Shown here: in pieces, positions 26,664 through 36,249 of the stretch
Layout of the letters: each line of letters opens with the position of its first letter
How positions within the stretch are numbered: position 1 is the stretch's first letter
NCBI GenBank assembly: GCA_963777445.1
Contig: CAVZQR010000004.1
Location: 186,263 to 250,262 of the forward strand
Reading direction: 5' to 3'
DNA from: Candidatus Dormiibacterota bacterium
Lineage (GTDB): Bacteria; Chloroflexota; Dormibacteria; Aeolococcales; Aeolococcaceae
Length of the DNA stretch: 64,000 bases
The notes under the pieces: generated by a model
What the model saw: only the letters and a program-made list of their open reading frames with translations
Database searches by the model: none
What the model was told of the DNA's origin: nothing
Position numbers and translations under genes: made by a program

Positions 26664-27314
26664 CTAGATGATCCCGTGTCGCTGCGCCCAGAGCGCGGCC
26701 TGGACGCGGTCCTCGACGCCGAGGCGATCGAACACCGATCCGAGGTGGGCCTTGACCGTCTTCTCGCTGATGCCGAGGCGCCACGCGATCTGCTTGTTGC
26801 TCATCCCGCGGCCGACGAGCGTGAGCACGTCCAGCTCGCGCTGGGTGAGGTCGTCGAGCGGCCGGCGCTTGATGCGATCGCGGAGCAGCTCCTTCGCGGC
26901 CTTCGGTGAGAGCGGAGTATCCCCCTTCGCCGCCGAGCGGATCCCATTGAGGAGCTCCTGCGGCTCCGTGTCCTTGAGCAGGAATCCGACCGCGCCGTTG
27001 TCGATCGCCTCCACCACCATGTCGTGCTCGGAGTACGACGTCAGCATGACCACCTTGGTGCCGGCCACCGCCTTGAGCATCCTGCGCAGCGCCTCGAAGC
27101 CGTTCATCCCGGGCATCGAGATGTCCATGAGCACGATGTCCGGGTGCTCCTCGACGGCGTACGCGACCGCCTCCTCACCGTCAGAAGCGGCTCCGACCAC
27201 CTTGATGTCGGTGGTCCCGTTCAGGAGGGATGTCAGCCCTCGCCTCACCAATGGGTGATCATCGACGATGAGCACTCGGATGGGAGTGGGGTGCGTAACG
27301 TCCACAGTCGTCAC
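26664..27314 (-). CDS. NarL/LuxR-family response regulator
   Basis: Receiver domain (IRVLIVDDHPLVRRGL...DIVLMDISMPGMNG) plus a LuxR HTH (LTQRELDVLTLVGRGMSNKQIAWRLGISEKTVKAHL). GTG 27314 is chosen as the start because the track ORF's upstream extension is not receiver-like. No kinase gene is adjacent. Confidence 0.85.
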   Translation of the reverse strand: MTTVDVTHPTPIRVLIVDDHPLVRRGLTSLLNGTTDIKVVGAASDGEEAVAYAVEEHPDIVLMDISMPGMNGFEALRRMLKAVAGTKVVMLTSYSEHDMVVEAIDNGAVGFLLKDTEPQELLNGIRSAAKGDTPLSPKAAKELLRDRIKRRPLDDLTQRELDVLTLVGRGMSNKQIAWRLGISEKTVKAHLGSVFDRLGVEDRVQAALWAQRHGII

Positions 27315-27319
27315 CCAGC

Positions 27320-28912
27320 CTAACCGATATCTCTCACTCTGGAGAAAGAAGTCGGCGGTGGCACCGACCCAGCAGAACCGCGATACACCCGGTGCCGCGG
27401 GGAGGGGGAGCCCGCGAGGGTAAACCACTGAACTGGGTCGGCGCCCGCCCGCCTATCAGGGGGACTTGCGTTTCGAAAGAGATGAATTCCCGTCGCGACG
27501 ATAGTCATCCCGTGGCCATCCTGACGCGACCGAGACGATCGTCTTAAGACCCCGTCCCCCGGCGGGAGAGCGCCGATCGATTCGAACTCGAGGCGTTCAC
27601 CCACCTCGCGCTCGGCCCCATGGTCCGAGGGGTCGTAGTACCGGCGGCCGGAGAGGGACTCGGGGAGATGCTCCTGCTCCACCACTCCCCCCTCGTGATC
27701 GTGCGCGTAGCGGTAGCCGCTGCCGTAGCCCATGGAGCGCCCGAGCCCCGTGACGGCGTTGCGGAGGTGGAGTGGCACCGGCTGATGCAGCGTCTCGACG
27801 ACGTCCCCAGCCGCCGCGACGTAGGCGCGGAGCACGCTGTTGCTCTTGGGCGCCGCGGCGAGGTAGAGCGCCGCCTCGGTGAGAGGAAGGAATCCCTCGG
27901 GCATGCCGATGAAGTGCGCCGCCTGCTGCGCCGCGACAGCAACTCCCAGCGCCTGCGGATCGGCGAGCCCGACGTCCTCGGCGGCCAGGATCACCATCCG
28001 GCGAGCCACGAAGAGCGGGTCCTCGCCGGCTTCGAGCATCCGCGCCAGCCAGTAGACGGCGGCGTCCGGATCGCTGCCGCGCACCGATTTGATGAACGCG
28101 GAGATCAACCAGAAGTGCTGATCACCGGCGCGGTCGTAGAGGAGCGCCGGGTTCTGCAGTGCGCCCTCGACGTCGGCGACGGTCACGCGCACACCGCCCG
28201 AGGGATCCCGGACCGCGGCCTGAACGGCGAGCTCGAGTGAGTTGAGCGCGATGCGCGCGTCGCCGCCGCAGAGCGAGACGAGCCGGTCGATCGCTTCCGG
28301 GTCCACGGCGACGTGCTTCGCGCCGAGCCCCCGCTCGGTGTCGGTGAGCGCGTGCCCGACCAGGCTCCGAAGGTCCTCGGCTTCCAGTGCCTCCAGACGG
28401 ATGACCCTGCTTCGCGAGAGCAGGGCGGCGTTCACCTCGAAGGAGGGGTTTTCGGTGGTGGCGCCGAGCAACGTCACGGTCGCGTTCTCGACGTGGGGCA
28501 GGACGGCATCCTGCTGACTCTTGTTGAACCGGTGGATCTCGTCGATGAAGAGAACGGTCCGCCTCCCGGACCGCAGGCGCTCATGGGCACGTTCGACCAC
28601 CTTGCGGAGATCGGCGACCCCGGCGCTGGTCGCGCTCACCGCCTCGAACGTGGCGTTGGTCGCTCCGGCGATGAGCGCGGCGAGCGTCGTCTTGCCGCTG
28701 CCCGGCGGCCCCCAGAGGATGAGCGAGGGCACCTCCCCAGCGTCGACCGCACGCCGGAGCACCGTACCGGCCCCGATCGCTCGGTGCTGGCCGACGAATT
28801 CGTCAAATGTGCGCGGCCGCATCCGCGTTGCCAGGGGTGCGTGGGACGCGCTATCGGACGGGTGCTCGGGGCCGACGGGCTCTGCGCCGAAGAGCGAACT
28901 CTGTCCGGCCAC
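27320..28912 (-). CDS. rarA: replication-associated recombination protein A (AAA+), with an unusual ~80-aa C-terminal extension
   Basis: Motifs LILWGPPGSGKTTLA, VLFIDEIHRFNK and a MgsA_C region (AFIKSVRGSDPDAAVYWLARML). The family-like sequence ends near ..RRYYDPSDHGAEREVGERLE. The remaining tail is not RarA-like and contains a TTA codon. Confidence 0.85.
   Translation of the reverse strand: MAGQSSLFGAEPVGPEHPSDSASHAPLATRMRPRTFDEFVGQHRAIGAGTVLRRAVDAGEVPSLILWGPPGSGKTTLAALIAGATNATFEAVSATSAGVADLRKVVERAHERLRSGRRTVLFIDEIHRFNKSQQDAVLPHVENATVTLLGATTENPSFEVNAALLSRSRVIRLEALEAEDLRSLVGHALTDTERGLGAKHVAVDPEAIDRLVSLCGGDARIALNSLELAVQAAVRDPSGGVRVTVADVEGALQNPALLYDRAGDQHFWLISAFIKSVRGSDPDAAVYWLARMLEAGEDPLFVARRMVILAAEDVGLADPQALGVAVAAQQAAHFIGMPEGFLPLTEAALYLAAAPKSNSVLRAYVAAAGDVVETLHQPVPLHLRNAVTGLGRSMGYGSGYRYAHDHEGGVVEQEHLPESLSGRRYYDPSDHGAEREVGERLEFESIGALPPGDGVLRRSSRSRQDGHGMTIVATGIHLFRNASPPDRRAGADPVQWFTLAGSPSPRHRVYRGSAGSVPPPTSFSRVRDIG
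27354..27453 (-). other. candidate structured RNA / leader upstream of the response-regulator gene
   Basis: Minus-strand reading gives a long closing helix: GGCGG..GCGCCGACCCAG pairs with CTGGGTCGGTGC..CCGCC. It encloses the hairpin CGCGGG-CTCCCCCTC-CCCGCG (C-rich loop). A competing GGCACCG...CGGTGCC helix is also possible. Confidence 0.3.
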
Positions 28913-28926
28913 AGAGGAAGGGCCGC

Positions 28927-29892
28927 TCAGCTGCTGGACGGTGGGACGGTGACGACCGTCGGTGGCTCGAGCCCGGGCGCGTCTCCGAGCACGCTGCGAA
29001 GCACCTGCGCCGCGCCGAGCAACCCGGACGTCTCGGCGGGAACGACCAGCTTGGCGTTGGGGCTCTCGGCGAACTTCGTGAGCGTGTCCAGCTGAAGGAT
29101 CGCGACCAGGGTCGGATCCGGCGCGGCGGCCTTGATCGAGCCGTACACCGTCGAGATTGCCTGCGCGCGGCCTTCGGCCTCGAGGATCGCCGCCTGGCGG
29201 TTGCCTTCAGCGCGAAGGATCGCAGCCTGCCGCTCACCTTCCGCCTGCTTGATCGCTGCCTGCCGGTTACCGTCGGCGATGTTGACGGCAGACTGCTGCT
29301 GGCCTTCCGACTGAAGGATTCGCGCCCGCTTCTCCTGGTCTGCCTGCTTCTGCAGGGCCATGGCCTGGAGGATCTGCACCGGTGGTGAGATGTCCACGAT
29401 CTCGATCCGGTTGATGCGGATGCCCCACTTGTCGGTGACCTGCTCCATCTGCTGCTGCATGGCGGCGTTGATCTGCTCGCGGGATGACAGCGCCTCGTCG
29501 AGGCTGACGTTGCCGAACGCGTTACGAAGCGTCGTTCGCGCCTGCTGGTCGATCGCGACAAGGTAGTCGGAGACGTTGAACAGGGCTGCGCGCGGCTCGA
29601 TGACCTGGCTGAAGATGGTTGCGTTGACCGCCACGGCCACGTTGTCTCGGGTGATCACGTCCTGGCGGTCACCGGTGCGCGGGGTCTCGCGCATGTCGAC
29701 CCGGAGCAGCTTGTCGATGAACGGCGTGATGATCGTCAGACCGGCTTGCGATTCCCGCCGGAAGCGTCCAAAACGTGTGACCACACCGGCAAATCCCTGG
29801 GGGACGACACGCACCGCGCCGCCGATGACAAACGCCACCACGATGAGCAGGACGACGACGATGATCGCGGTGACCAGACCACTGTTGTTCAC
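28927..29892 (-). CDS. SPFH/band-7 (stomatin-like) membrane protein
   Basis: GTG 29892 follows a GGGAGG RBS. It has an N-terminal TM segment, an SPFH core (VRVVPQGFAGVVTRFGRF...) and AEG.RQAAI coiled-coil repeats. Confidence 0.9.
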   Translation of the reverse strand: MNNSGLVTAIIVVVLLIVVAFVIGGAVRVVPQGFAGVVTRFGRFRRESQAGLTIITPFIDKLLRVDMRETPRTGDRQDVITRDNVAVAVNATIFSQVIEPRAALFNVSDYLVAIDQQARTTLRNAFGNVSLDEALSSREQINAAMQQQMEQVTDKWGIRINRIEIVDISPPVQILQAMALQKQADQEKRARILQSEGQQQSAVNIADGNRQAAIKQAEGERQAAILRAEGNRQAAILEAEGRAQAISTVYGSIKAAAPDPTLVAILQLDTLTKFAESPNAKLVVPAETSGLLGAAQVLRSVLGDAPGLEPPTVVTVPPSSS

Positions 29893-29896
29893 TGAG

Positions 29897-30355
29897 TCAG
29901 CCTCCCTTGGGGGGCGCGACCACAAGGGTGGTGCCGCGCACTTCGACGACGGTAACCTGCTGATGCGCCGGCACGCCGCCAGGATTGGTCGTGACCGCGA
30001 GCCAGCGCTCGTTGAACAGCCGCGCATGTCCCGGGTGGTTCTCGTCACCAACCGGCTCCAGGGTCAGCGCCGGCTGCCCGATCAGGTTGTCAGACGCGCC
30101 CGGCATGGTCAGCTTCGGGCCGAGGTGGCGAGCCGACAGGCGAGCGAGCGTCGGCCGCACCGCCATGGTCCCGATGAGAGCCACCGCAGCGCCGACGACT
30201 GCCTGCAACCAGACCGGGGTGGGAAACACCGCGACGACGGTGGCGGCGAACGAACCGAGAGACAGAAAGAGGGCGTAGAACGCCTGGGTGTGGACTTCCA
30301 TACCCAGGAGGACCAGGCCGGCGACCAGCCAGACGACCCACATCCAGGACAGCAT
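29897..30355 (-). CDS. NfeD-family membrane protein
   Basis: MLSWMWVVWLVAGLVLLGMEV..: TM segments plus a C-terminal OB-like domain (GHARLFNERWLAVT). It sits immediately upstream of the SPFH gene, the classic NfeD-SPFH operon. Confidence 0.85.
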   Translation of the reverse strand: MLSWMWVVWLVAGLVLLGMEVHTQAFYALFLSLGSFAATVVAVFPTPVWLQAVVGAAVALIGTMAVRPTLARLSARHLGPKLTMPGASDNLIGQPALTLEPVGDENHPGHARLFNERWLAVTTNPGGVPAHQQVTVVEVRGTTLVVAPPKGG

Positions 30356-30482
30356 GGAGCGAGTGTACCCGCCTGAAGAAACGGCTACACAAGCGGTTTG
30401 CCGGTCATCCGTCACCCCCTCAGACCGCGACGGCGCCGACGCCACTCATTGCCTTGAGGGCGCGCGTCCTGAGCGTTATCCC

Positions 30483-31718
30483 TCAACTCGAATGAATGAT
30501 CGGCAGCTCGGGAAACGATGCTCCGAGCACCGCGGCCGCGTCCGCCTTGAGCCAGTCGCGGATGAGCGTCTGATAGACGCTGCGGAAATCGACGTTGTAC
30601 TGAAGGTTCCCGGAGTCGACCGTGTTGGTCAGTGACGGTTGCTCGCCGAAGACGCCTCCCTTGACCGGCTTTCCCACCACGAAGATGGGTCCGGCGGCAC
30701 CGTGGTCGGTGCCCTTGCCGCCGTTTTCGGCGATGCGCCTGCCAAATTCGGACCAGGTCATCAGCACAACCCGATCGGCCATGCCGTGATTCGCGATGTC
30801 CTGCATGAACGCGCCCACCGCGCTGTCGACATAGGCAAGCAGGGCGTTCTGTCGCGTGTCCTCATCCTGGTGCGTGTCGAACCCTCCCAGGACGACGTGA
30901 CAGATCTTGACGCTCGGCTGGGTCACGATCATCTCGGCGGTGAGCTGGAGCGAGGTCGCGAGACTGTTCTTGCTGCCGTACACGGTGCTCTGCGGCGTGT
31001 AGGTCACCGACGGCGCATACCGGGTCTGCGAATCGGCGAGCGCCGCGATCCCGAACTCCGCCGTCGTCAGCGCCTCATCGAACAGGGCGCCGTAGATCCC
31101 CGGTGTCTTGTTGTAGAGCGCTGGAGCGGCGACGCGGCGCCCCGCGCCGCCCTGCACCTGGTATGTCGGTATCGACTCGATGACGCTCACCGTCGCGTTC
31201 TGAGCGACCAGCTCGGCCGGCGCGCTCGCCTGTCCGAGGGCGCATCCGGTGAGCGGGTGCCCCTGACCGTCGAGCTGGCTTGCGAGCAGCTTGCCGAGCC
31301 ATCCCTCGGTCTGCTCCATGCTCGGGTCCGCGTGCTCCCAGATGTACAGGCTCTCGAAGTGCGAGTAGACGGGCTTCGGATACCCGACGCCCTGCACCAC
31401 CGCGACCTCGCCGGAGTCGAAGAGCTTCTTGAGCGCCGGCATCACGGGATTCAGACCAATCTCCGCGTTGAGCGGCAGGACCTTGTCGGCGGCGATCGCG
31501 ATCGTCGGCCTCGCCTGCAGGTAAGCTGGGTCCGCGTATGGGATGACCGTGTTGAGGCCGTCGTTCCCGCCGCCGAGCTGGAGGATGACGAGCACGTTGT
31601 CGTTGTGAACATTCTCCACCGTCGCCGCAAACACCGACTTGGCGAAGACGGGTGGCACGATGATGCCGGCTCCGGATGCGGTGATTCCGCTCACCAGGAA
31701 ATCGCGCCGAGTGATCAT
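30483..31718 (-). CDS. DUF1501 domain-containing protein (Tat-signal, sulfatase-fold-like)
   Basis: Starts MITRRDFLVSGITASGAGI (twin-arginine signal). Conserved GGFDTHQ and WSEFGRR motifs are present. Confidence 0.85.
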   Translation of the reverse strand: MITRRDFLVSGITASGAGIIVPPVFAKSVFAATVENVHNDNVLVILQLGGGNDGLNTVIPYADPAYLQARPTIAIAADKVLPLNAEIGLNPVMPALKKLFDSGEVAVVQGVGYPKPVYSHFESLYIWEHADPSMEQTEGWLGKLLASQLDGQGHPLTGCALGQASAPAELVAQNATVSVIESIPTYQVQGGAGRRVAAPALYNKTPGIYGALFDEALTTAEFGIAALADSQTRYAPSVTYTPQSTVYGSKNSLATSLQLTAEMIVTQPSVKICHVVLGGFDTHQDEDTRQNALLAYVDSAVGAFMQDIANHGMADRVVLMTWSEFGRRIAENGGKGTDHGAAGPIFVVGKPVKGGVFGEQPSLTNTVDSGNLQYNVDFRSVYQTLIRDWLKADAAAVLGASFPELPIIHSS

Positions 31719-31728
31719 GTGAACTGCC

Positions 31729-33162
31729 TCACTTGAGCTGGAATTCCGGACTTGCGAGCAACGCGTACCAGCGGTCACCGTCGCTGCTACTCGCGTTGAA
31801 GACAGACGCTGTGTCCGGTCCGACCACACCGTCGAGCTGGGTGTGGATGGCCGCAACCGGATCGGGGAAACTCAACTCCGAGGCGACCACCCCGGCCGCG
31901 AAATTCAGTCGCGCCAGCCATGCTCCCGACGAGACCCACGCCTGGTTGGACGGCCAGCCCGCGACCGTGGGCATGTCATAGAGGATCTGATCCATGGCCG
32001 CGCCCGCCTGAACGCACATCGCGGCAAGGCTGGGCCGGCCGAGCGCGCGCATGGTGGCGACCATGTACTCCGCCGGTCCACGCACCAGCGACCGATAGGT
32101 GTCGGGTGAGGTGAATGCCTCGTTGGTGAAGATCGCGCGCATCAGCGTCTTGATGTCGTAGTTGCTGTTGCGAAACTGTGTGGCCACGCTGTCGACCAGC
32201 GCTGTCGACGGCTCCGGTGTGCAGAACTGCACCAGCGCCCTGCGCGCGATGTGGGGTGCGCATGCCGGCTGGGACAGGATGATGTCGATTGCCTGAGCGG
32301 GGTCGATGTTCCCGGTGTGGCCCAGGTACGTCTTGACGCCGGCGTCGTGCTGCGCGGGCGCGACCACCCCCTTGAAGCTCGCGCCCTCGGCGATGAGCTG
32401 GTTGAGCGCCTGCGCGTACGCCGCCGGCGTCGAAACCTTGAGCTTCGGCGGCTGCAGCCGCCGGCCGTTGGAGTCAACGAGGACCGTCCGGATTCCCGAG
32501 AAGACGCGAGCCCCTTCGCGGACGTCACTCTCCGAGTAGTTGCCAACCCCGAGCGTGAAGAGCTCCATCAGCTCGCGGCTGTAGTTCTCGTTGGGTGCGG
32601 CCGCGGTGCTCTGCTCGAGGTCGAGGTAGCGAATCATCAACGGGTCATCGGTGACGGCATTGATCAGCGTCCGGAAGTCGCTGCGACCCGCTGACCGGTA
32701 CAGCGCGTTCTGCTGGAGGACGAAGGGCAGCCGCGCCGCCTTTCGATAGTCGCTGGTGAGGAGCCCGTGCCAGAAGAGGGTCATCCGCTCGGGGAACTGC
32801 GCCGGCGTCGTCGCCATGTGCTCGTACCAGGCGCGCACCACCGCCTCGTGGTTGGTCGCCTCCGCCACCGGCGGCAGGGGCTCGGCCCCCTGGGTGACCA
32901 ACCTGTCGACGAGGTCCGGGTACGACATCGACGCCGCCGCGTCCAGCTCGGCGGCGGTGTAGCCGAACGTGGCGCGCCGGAGCAGATGGCCCGCGAGCCC
33001 GGCCGAGGTGGTGAGCGGGCTTGCCCAGGCTCCCGCTGCGCCCGCCTGCGAGCCACCCGGAAGCTGCAGGGTGAGATACCGGAAGCCCACGGCGCCAACC
33101 GCGCCGCCGGCGGCGATTCCAAGGACCTGGCGGCGGCTGAGCCTGAGGTTCGCACTGCCCAT
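31729..33162 (-). CDS. DUF1800 domain-containing protein
   Basis: 477 aa with an N-terminal signal-like RRQVLGIAAGG. Motifs LHRATFG, MTLFWHGLLTS and NENYSRELMELFTLGVGNY are typical of DUF1800. It is paired with DUF1501 downstream. Confidence 0.85.
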   Translation of the reverse strand: MGSANLRLSRRQVLGIAAGGAVGAVGFRYLTLQLPGGSQAGAAGAWASPLTTSAGLAGHLLRRATFGYTAAELDAAASMSYPDLVDRLVTQGAEPLPPVAEATNHEAVVRAWYEHMATTPAQFPERMTLFWHGLLTSDYRKAARLPFVLQQNALYRSAGRSDFRTLINAVTDDPLMIRYLDLEQSTAAAPNENYSRELMELFTLGVGNYSESDVREGARVFSGIRTVLVDSNGRRLQPPKLKVSTPAAYAQALNQLIAEGASFKGVVAPAQHDAGVKTYLGHTGNIDPAQAIDIILSQPACAPHIARRALVQFCTPEPSTALVDSVATQFRNSNYDIKTLMRAIFTNEAFTSPDTYRSLVRGPAEYMVATMRALGRPSLAAMCVQAGAAMDQILYDMPTVAGWPSNQAWVSSGAWLARLNFAAGVVASELSFPDPVAAIHTQLDGVVGPDTASVFNASSSDGDRWYALLASPEFQLK

Positions 33163-33355
33163 GGCCGGCCAGTTTCGCCATCCGACCTGAGAATTACCGT
33201 GGCGCGGCGAGCCTCCAGGACAGGTCTCAGCCGACTCTCAGCAGGCGGGCTCTCGAGGCGGACCCGAGCCCGTGGGTCGGCCCCACTCGGTAGACTGGAA
33301 TCGAGCCAGGCGTTTCGCCGGCTGCACGCAGATCATTTGCAAGGGAGTACCAACG

Positions 33356-33682
33356 ATGCCGTCCACTCCGGCCGAAATCTTCAGCGAGATCAATTCCCGC
33401 ATCGCCGCCGATCCCGCCAAGACGGCCGGGATGACTGCCATCTACGCCTTCGACCTCGGAGGCGAGGCGCCGGGCCAGTACCACATCTCGCTCAAGGATG
33501 GGAGCGCCGACGTCGGTGAGGGATCGCCCGAGAACCCCAATATCACGATCACCATGAAGTCCGAGGACTTCGTCGACCTGGCCACCGGCAAGCTCGACGG
33601 CACCATGGCCTTCATGAGCGGCAAGATCAAGATCAAGGGCGATATGGGCCTCGCGATGAAGCTCCAGTCGGTGCTCCGCTAA
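33356..33682 (+). CDS. SCP2 sterol-binding domain protein
   Basis: ATG 33356 follows an AAGGGAG RBS. The C-terminal FMSGKIKIKGDMGLAMKL motif is typical of SCP2. Confidence 0.8.
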   Translation: MPSTPAEIFSEINSRIAADPAKTAGMTAIYAFDLGGEAPGQYHISLKDGSADVGEGSPENPNITITMKSEDFVDLATGKLDGTMAFMSGKIKIKGDMGLAMKLQSVLR

Positions 33683-33702
33683 GCACCACCCGCTCGCGCT
33701 CA

Positions 33703-34020
33703 GTGGCCGTCGACCTCCGTCCTGTGCGCTTCGACTACGACGAGAAGCATCGGTCGCTGCTGATCGAGTGGTCCGACGGCGCCTCGCACCGCATCTCCTT
33801 CGCTGTGTTGCGTCGCGCCTGCCCGTGCGCGGCGTGCAAGGGTGAGCCAGGGTACCGGGGCCGGTTCAGCTCCGACCCGGCTCTCCACCCCGGCGAGGAC
33901 GAGCTTGCGGATATCTCGCTGGTCGGTGCCTACGGCCTGAACACGGTCTGGGCCGACGGGCACAACACGGGCATCTACACGTACCAGCGGCTCCGCGAGC
34001 TCGGCGCCGCGTCGGCGTAG
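33703..34020 (+). CDS. DUF971 (gamma-butyrobetaine hydroxylase-like N-terminal) domain protein
   Basis: 105 aa with LLIEWSDGASHRISFAVLRRACPCAAC and YGLNTVWADGHNTGIYTY, the canonical DUF971 pattern. Confidence 0.8.
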   Translation: MAVDLRPVRFDYDEKHRSLLIEWSDGASHRISFAVLRRACPCAACKGEPGYRGRFSSDPALHPGEDELADISLVGAYGLNTVWADGHNTGIYTYQRLRELGAASA

Positions 34021-34031
34021 AGTTCGCCGCG

Positions 34032-34833
34032 ATGAGCGCCGAAGCAGTGCCGACCACCGCGCCACAGCTGCTGCATTCCGTCACCGACGGGGTGCTCACC
34101 CTCACCCTCAATCGACCGGAGGTGCTCAATGCGATCACCCCGGGTCTCCTCGATGAGGTCACCGAGTCGCTTCGGGAGGCTGCCTCGGGTCGAACGGTCC
34201 GCGCCGTGGTGATCACCGGTGCCGGGCGTGGATTCTGCAGCGGTCAGGACCTGCGCGCCGCTGCGGGCGACGGCGGGCTCGATGTCGGAGCCGTGCTTCG
34301 GGATCACTACACCCCCGCGATTCGCGCGATCCGCTCGATGGATCAACCGGTGATCGCGGCCGTCAACGGCGTCGCCGCCGGCGCCGGCTTCTCGCTCGCG
34401 CTCGCCTGCGATCTTCGGATCGCCGCCGAGTCAGCCACGTTCGTGCAGGCGTTCGTCCGCATCGAACTCATCCCCGACCTGGCGAGCACGTACTTCCTGC
34501 CGCGGCTGATTGGTCCCGCGCGCGCCGCCGAGCTGACCATGCTCGGGGAGACGGTGGACGCCGCTCGCGCCCTCGAGCTCGGCATCGTCAACCGGGTCGT
34601 CCCCGACATGCGAGCTCGCCGCGGCGGCCGGCGAGCTCGCCGCCCGTCTCGCCCGCGGACCCCGTTCGATCGGTCTCACCAAGCGCGCTCTCGAGGTCTC
34701 GCACGAGAACGACCTCGAAGCCCAGCTCGCCGTCGAGGAACGGCTCCAGACCGAGGCAACGACCACGAGCGACTTCGTCGAGGGTGTCAGCGCCTTTCTC
34801 GAGAAGCGCCGGGCAACGTTCACCGGCTCGTAG
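34032..34833 (+). pseudogene. enoyl-CoA hydratase/isomerase (crotonase family), frameshifted near 34608-34612
   Basis: The crotonase core (VVITGAGRGFCSGQDL, IAAVNGVAAGAGFSLALACD) runs to ..GIVNRVVPD. The track frame then turns into Arg-rich nonsense. A +1 shift gives ELAAAAGELAARLARGPRSIGLTKRAL...FLEKRRATFTGS and TAG at 34831-34833. Confidence 0.8.
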
Positions 34834-34842
34834 GAGCCGGAC

Positions 34843-36249
34843 GTGGTCAGTGCTGTCGACAAGCTCACTGCGCTGCTCGGACCCTCGAGGGTCCTGACCG
34901 GCACCGACATCAGTGAGGACGACTGGCATGACGAATCACTGGTCGCGCGCTGGCATGCGCCCGACGTCGTCGTCCTCCCCCACTCGGCGGCAGAGGTCGC
35001 CGCGATCATCACGATCGCTCGCGAGTTCGGCCTCCCGGTCACCGCGCGCGGGTCCGGCACAGGCCTTGCCGGCGCCTGCGTTCCTCGTGCCGGCGGGGTC
35101 CTCATCGCGTTTCGGGAGATGAGCGCGATCCTTGAAGTCGATGTCGACAACCAGGTCGCGGTCGTCCAGCCGGGCGCCACGCTTCGCGACCTCGACGAGA
35201 TCACGGCACGGCACGGCCTCGTCTACCCCGTGTACCCGGGCGAAAGCAGCGCGAGCCTCGGGGGCAGTGTCGCGACCAATGCGGGCGGGATGCGCGCCGT
35301 CAAATATGGGGTCACACGCCACCAGGTGCTCGGCCTCGAAGCCGTGCTCGGTACCGGTGAGGTCATCCGCACCGGCGGCAAGTTCGTGAAGGCGACGTCG
35401 GGCTATGACCTCACCCAGTTGATCGTCGGATCCGAGGGGACACTGGCAATCGTCACCGAGGCGATCCTGCGTCTCTACCCGCGTCAGGCGCACGCCGCCA
35501 CCGTGCTGGCGCCGTTCCGCACCGTCGCTGAGATCGCCAAGGCGGTGCCCCGGATCGTGCAGAGCGGCGTCGCCCCGATGATCCTGGAATACATCGACAT
35601 GATGTCGATGGCGGTGATCACCGCTGCACGCGGCCTGGAACTCGGGATCGGCGCGGACGTCAAGGAGGCGGCGCTCGCCTACCTGGTGGTCGTCCTCGAG
35701 TCACGCGATCCGGGTCGACTCGACGAGGATATCGAACACGTCGGCGACCTGATCACGGCGCTCGGCGCGCTCGACGTCTTCGTGCTGCCACCACGCGCGG
35801 CGTCTGACCTGATCGAGGCGCGCGAGCGGGCATTCTTCGCCGCCAAGGCTGCCGGCGCCAACGAGATCATCGACACCGTCGTGCCTCGTGCGCAGATCCC
35901 CGATTTCCTGGCCCAGGTGTCGCTCATTGCCGAGGACACCGGGTCGATGGTCGTCGGCTGCGGTCATGCAGGCGACGGCAACGTGCATCTTTCGGTGTTC
36001 CAATCCGATCCCGAGCGTCTGGAGCAGGTGTTGCGCAGCGTCTTCGCCGCCGGGGCAGCCCTCGGCGGCGCGGTATCCGGCGAGCACGGCATCGGCACCG
36101 ACAAGCGCGGTCACTTCCTCGCGCTCGAGGATCCCGTCAAGCTCGCGCTCATGGGCAGGATCAAGGCGGCATTCGACCCGGACGGGATCCTGAATCCCGG
36201 GGCGATGCTCGAGGAGGCGTCGGCGCTGACCGCAACGAGCGCTGGATGA
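34843..36249 (+). CDS. FAD-linked oxidase (GlcD-like, FAD_binding_4)
   Basis: 468 aa with PVTARGSGTGLAGACVP and GGSVATNAGG motifs and a C-terminal GGAVSGEHGIGTDK. Confidence 0.85.
   Translation: MVSAVDKLTALLGPSRVLTGTDISEDDWHDESLVARWHAPDVVVLPHSAAEVAAIITIAREFGLPVTARGSGTGLAGACVPRAGGVLIAFREMSAILEVDVDNQVAVVQPGATLRDLDEITARHGLVYPVYPGESSASLGGSVATNAGGMRAVKYGVTRHQVLGLEAVLGTGEVIRTGGKFVKATSGYDLTQLIVGSEGTLAIVTEAILRLYPRQAHAATVLAPFRTVAEIAKAVPRIVQSGVAPMILEYIDMMSMAVITAARGLELGIGADVKEAALAYLVVVLESRDPGRLDEDIEHVGDLITALGALDVFVLPPRAASDLIEARERAFFAAKAAGANEIIDTVVPRAQIPDFLAQVSLIAEDTGSMVVGCGHAGDGNVHLSVFQSDPERLEQVLRSVFAAGAALGGAVSGEHGIGTDKRGHFLALEDPVKLALMGRIKAAFDPDGILNPGAMLEEASALTATSAG

Noticed and set aside
27354-27453. 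Assignment of the structured element to the 6C sRNA family
   Set aside because: Only one of the two C-rich loops expected for 6C is present, and I cannot run a covariance model. It is kept only as an unnamed candidate.
29140-29330. 33-nt periodic repeats that could be mistaken for a CRISPR-like or tandem-repeat locus
   Set aside because: They lie inside the SPFH gene and encode its 11-aa AEG.RQAAI coiled-coil heptad/undecad repeats. There are no spacers and no cas genes.
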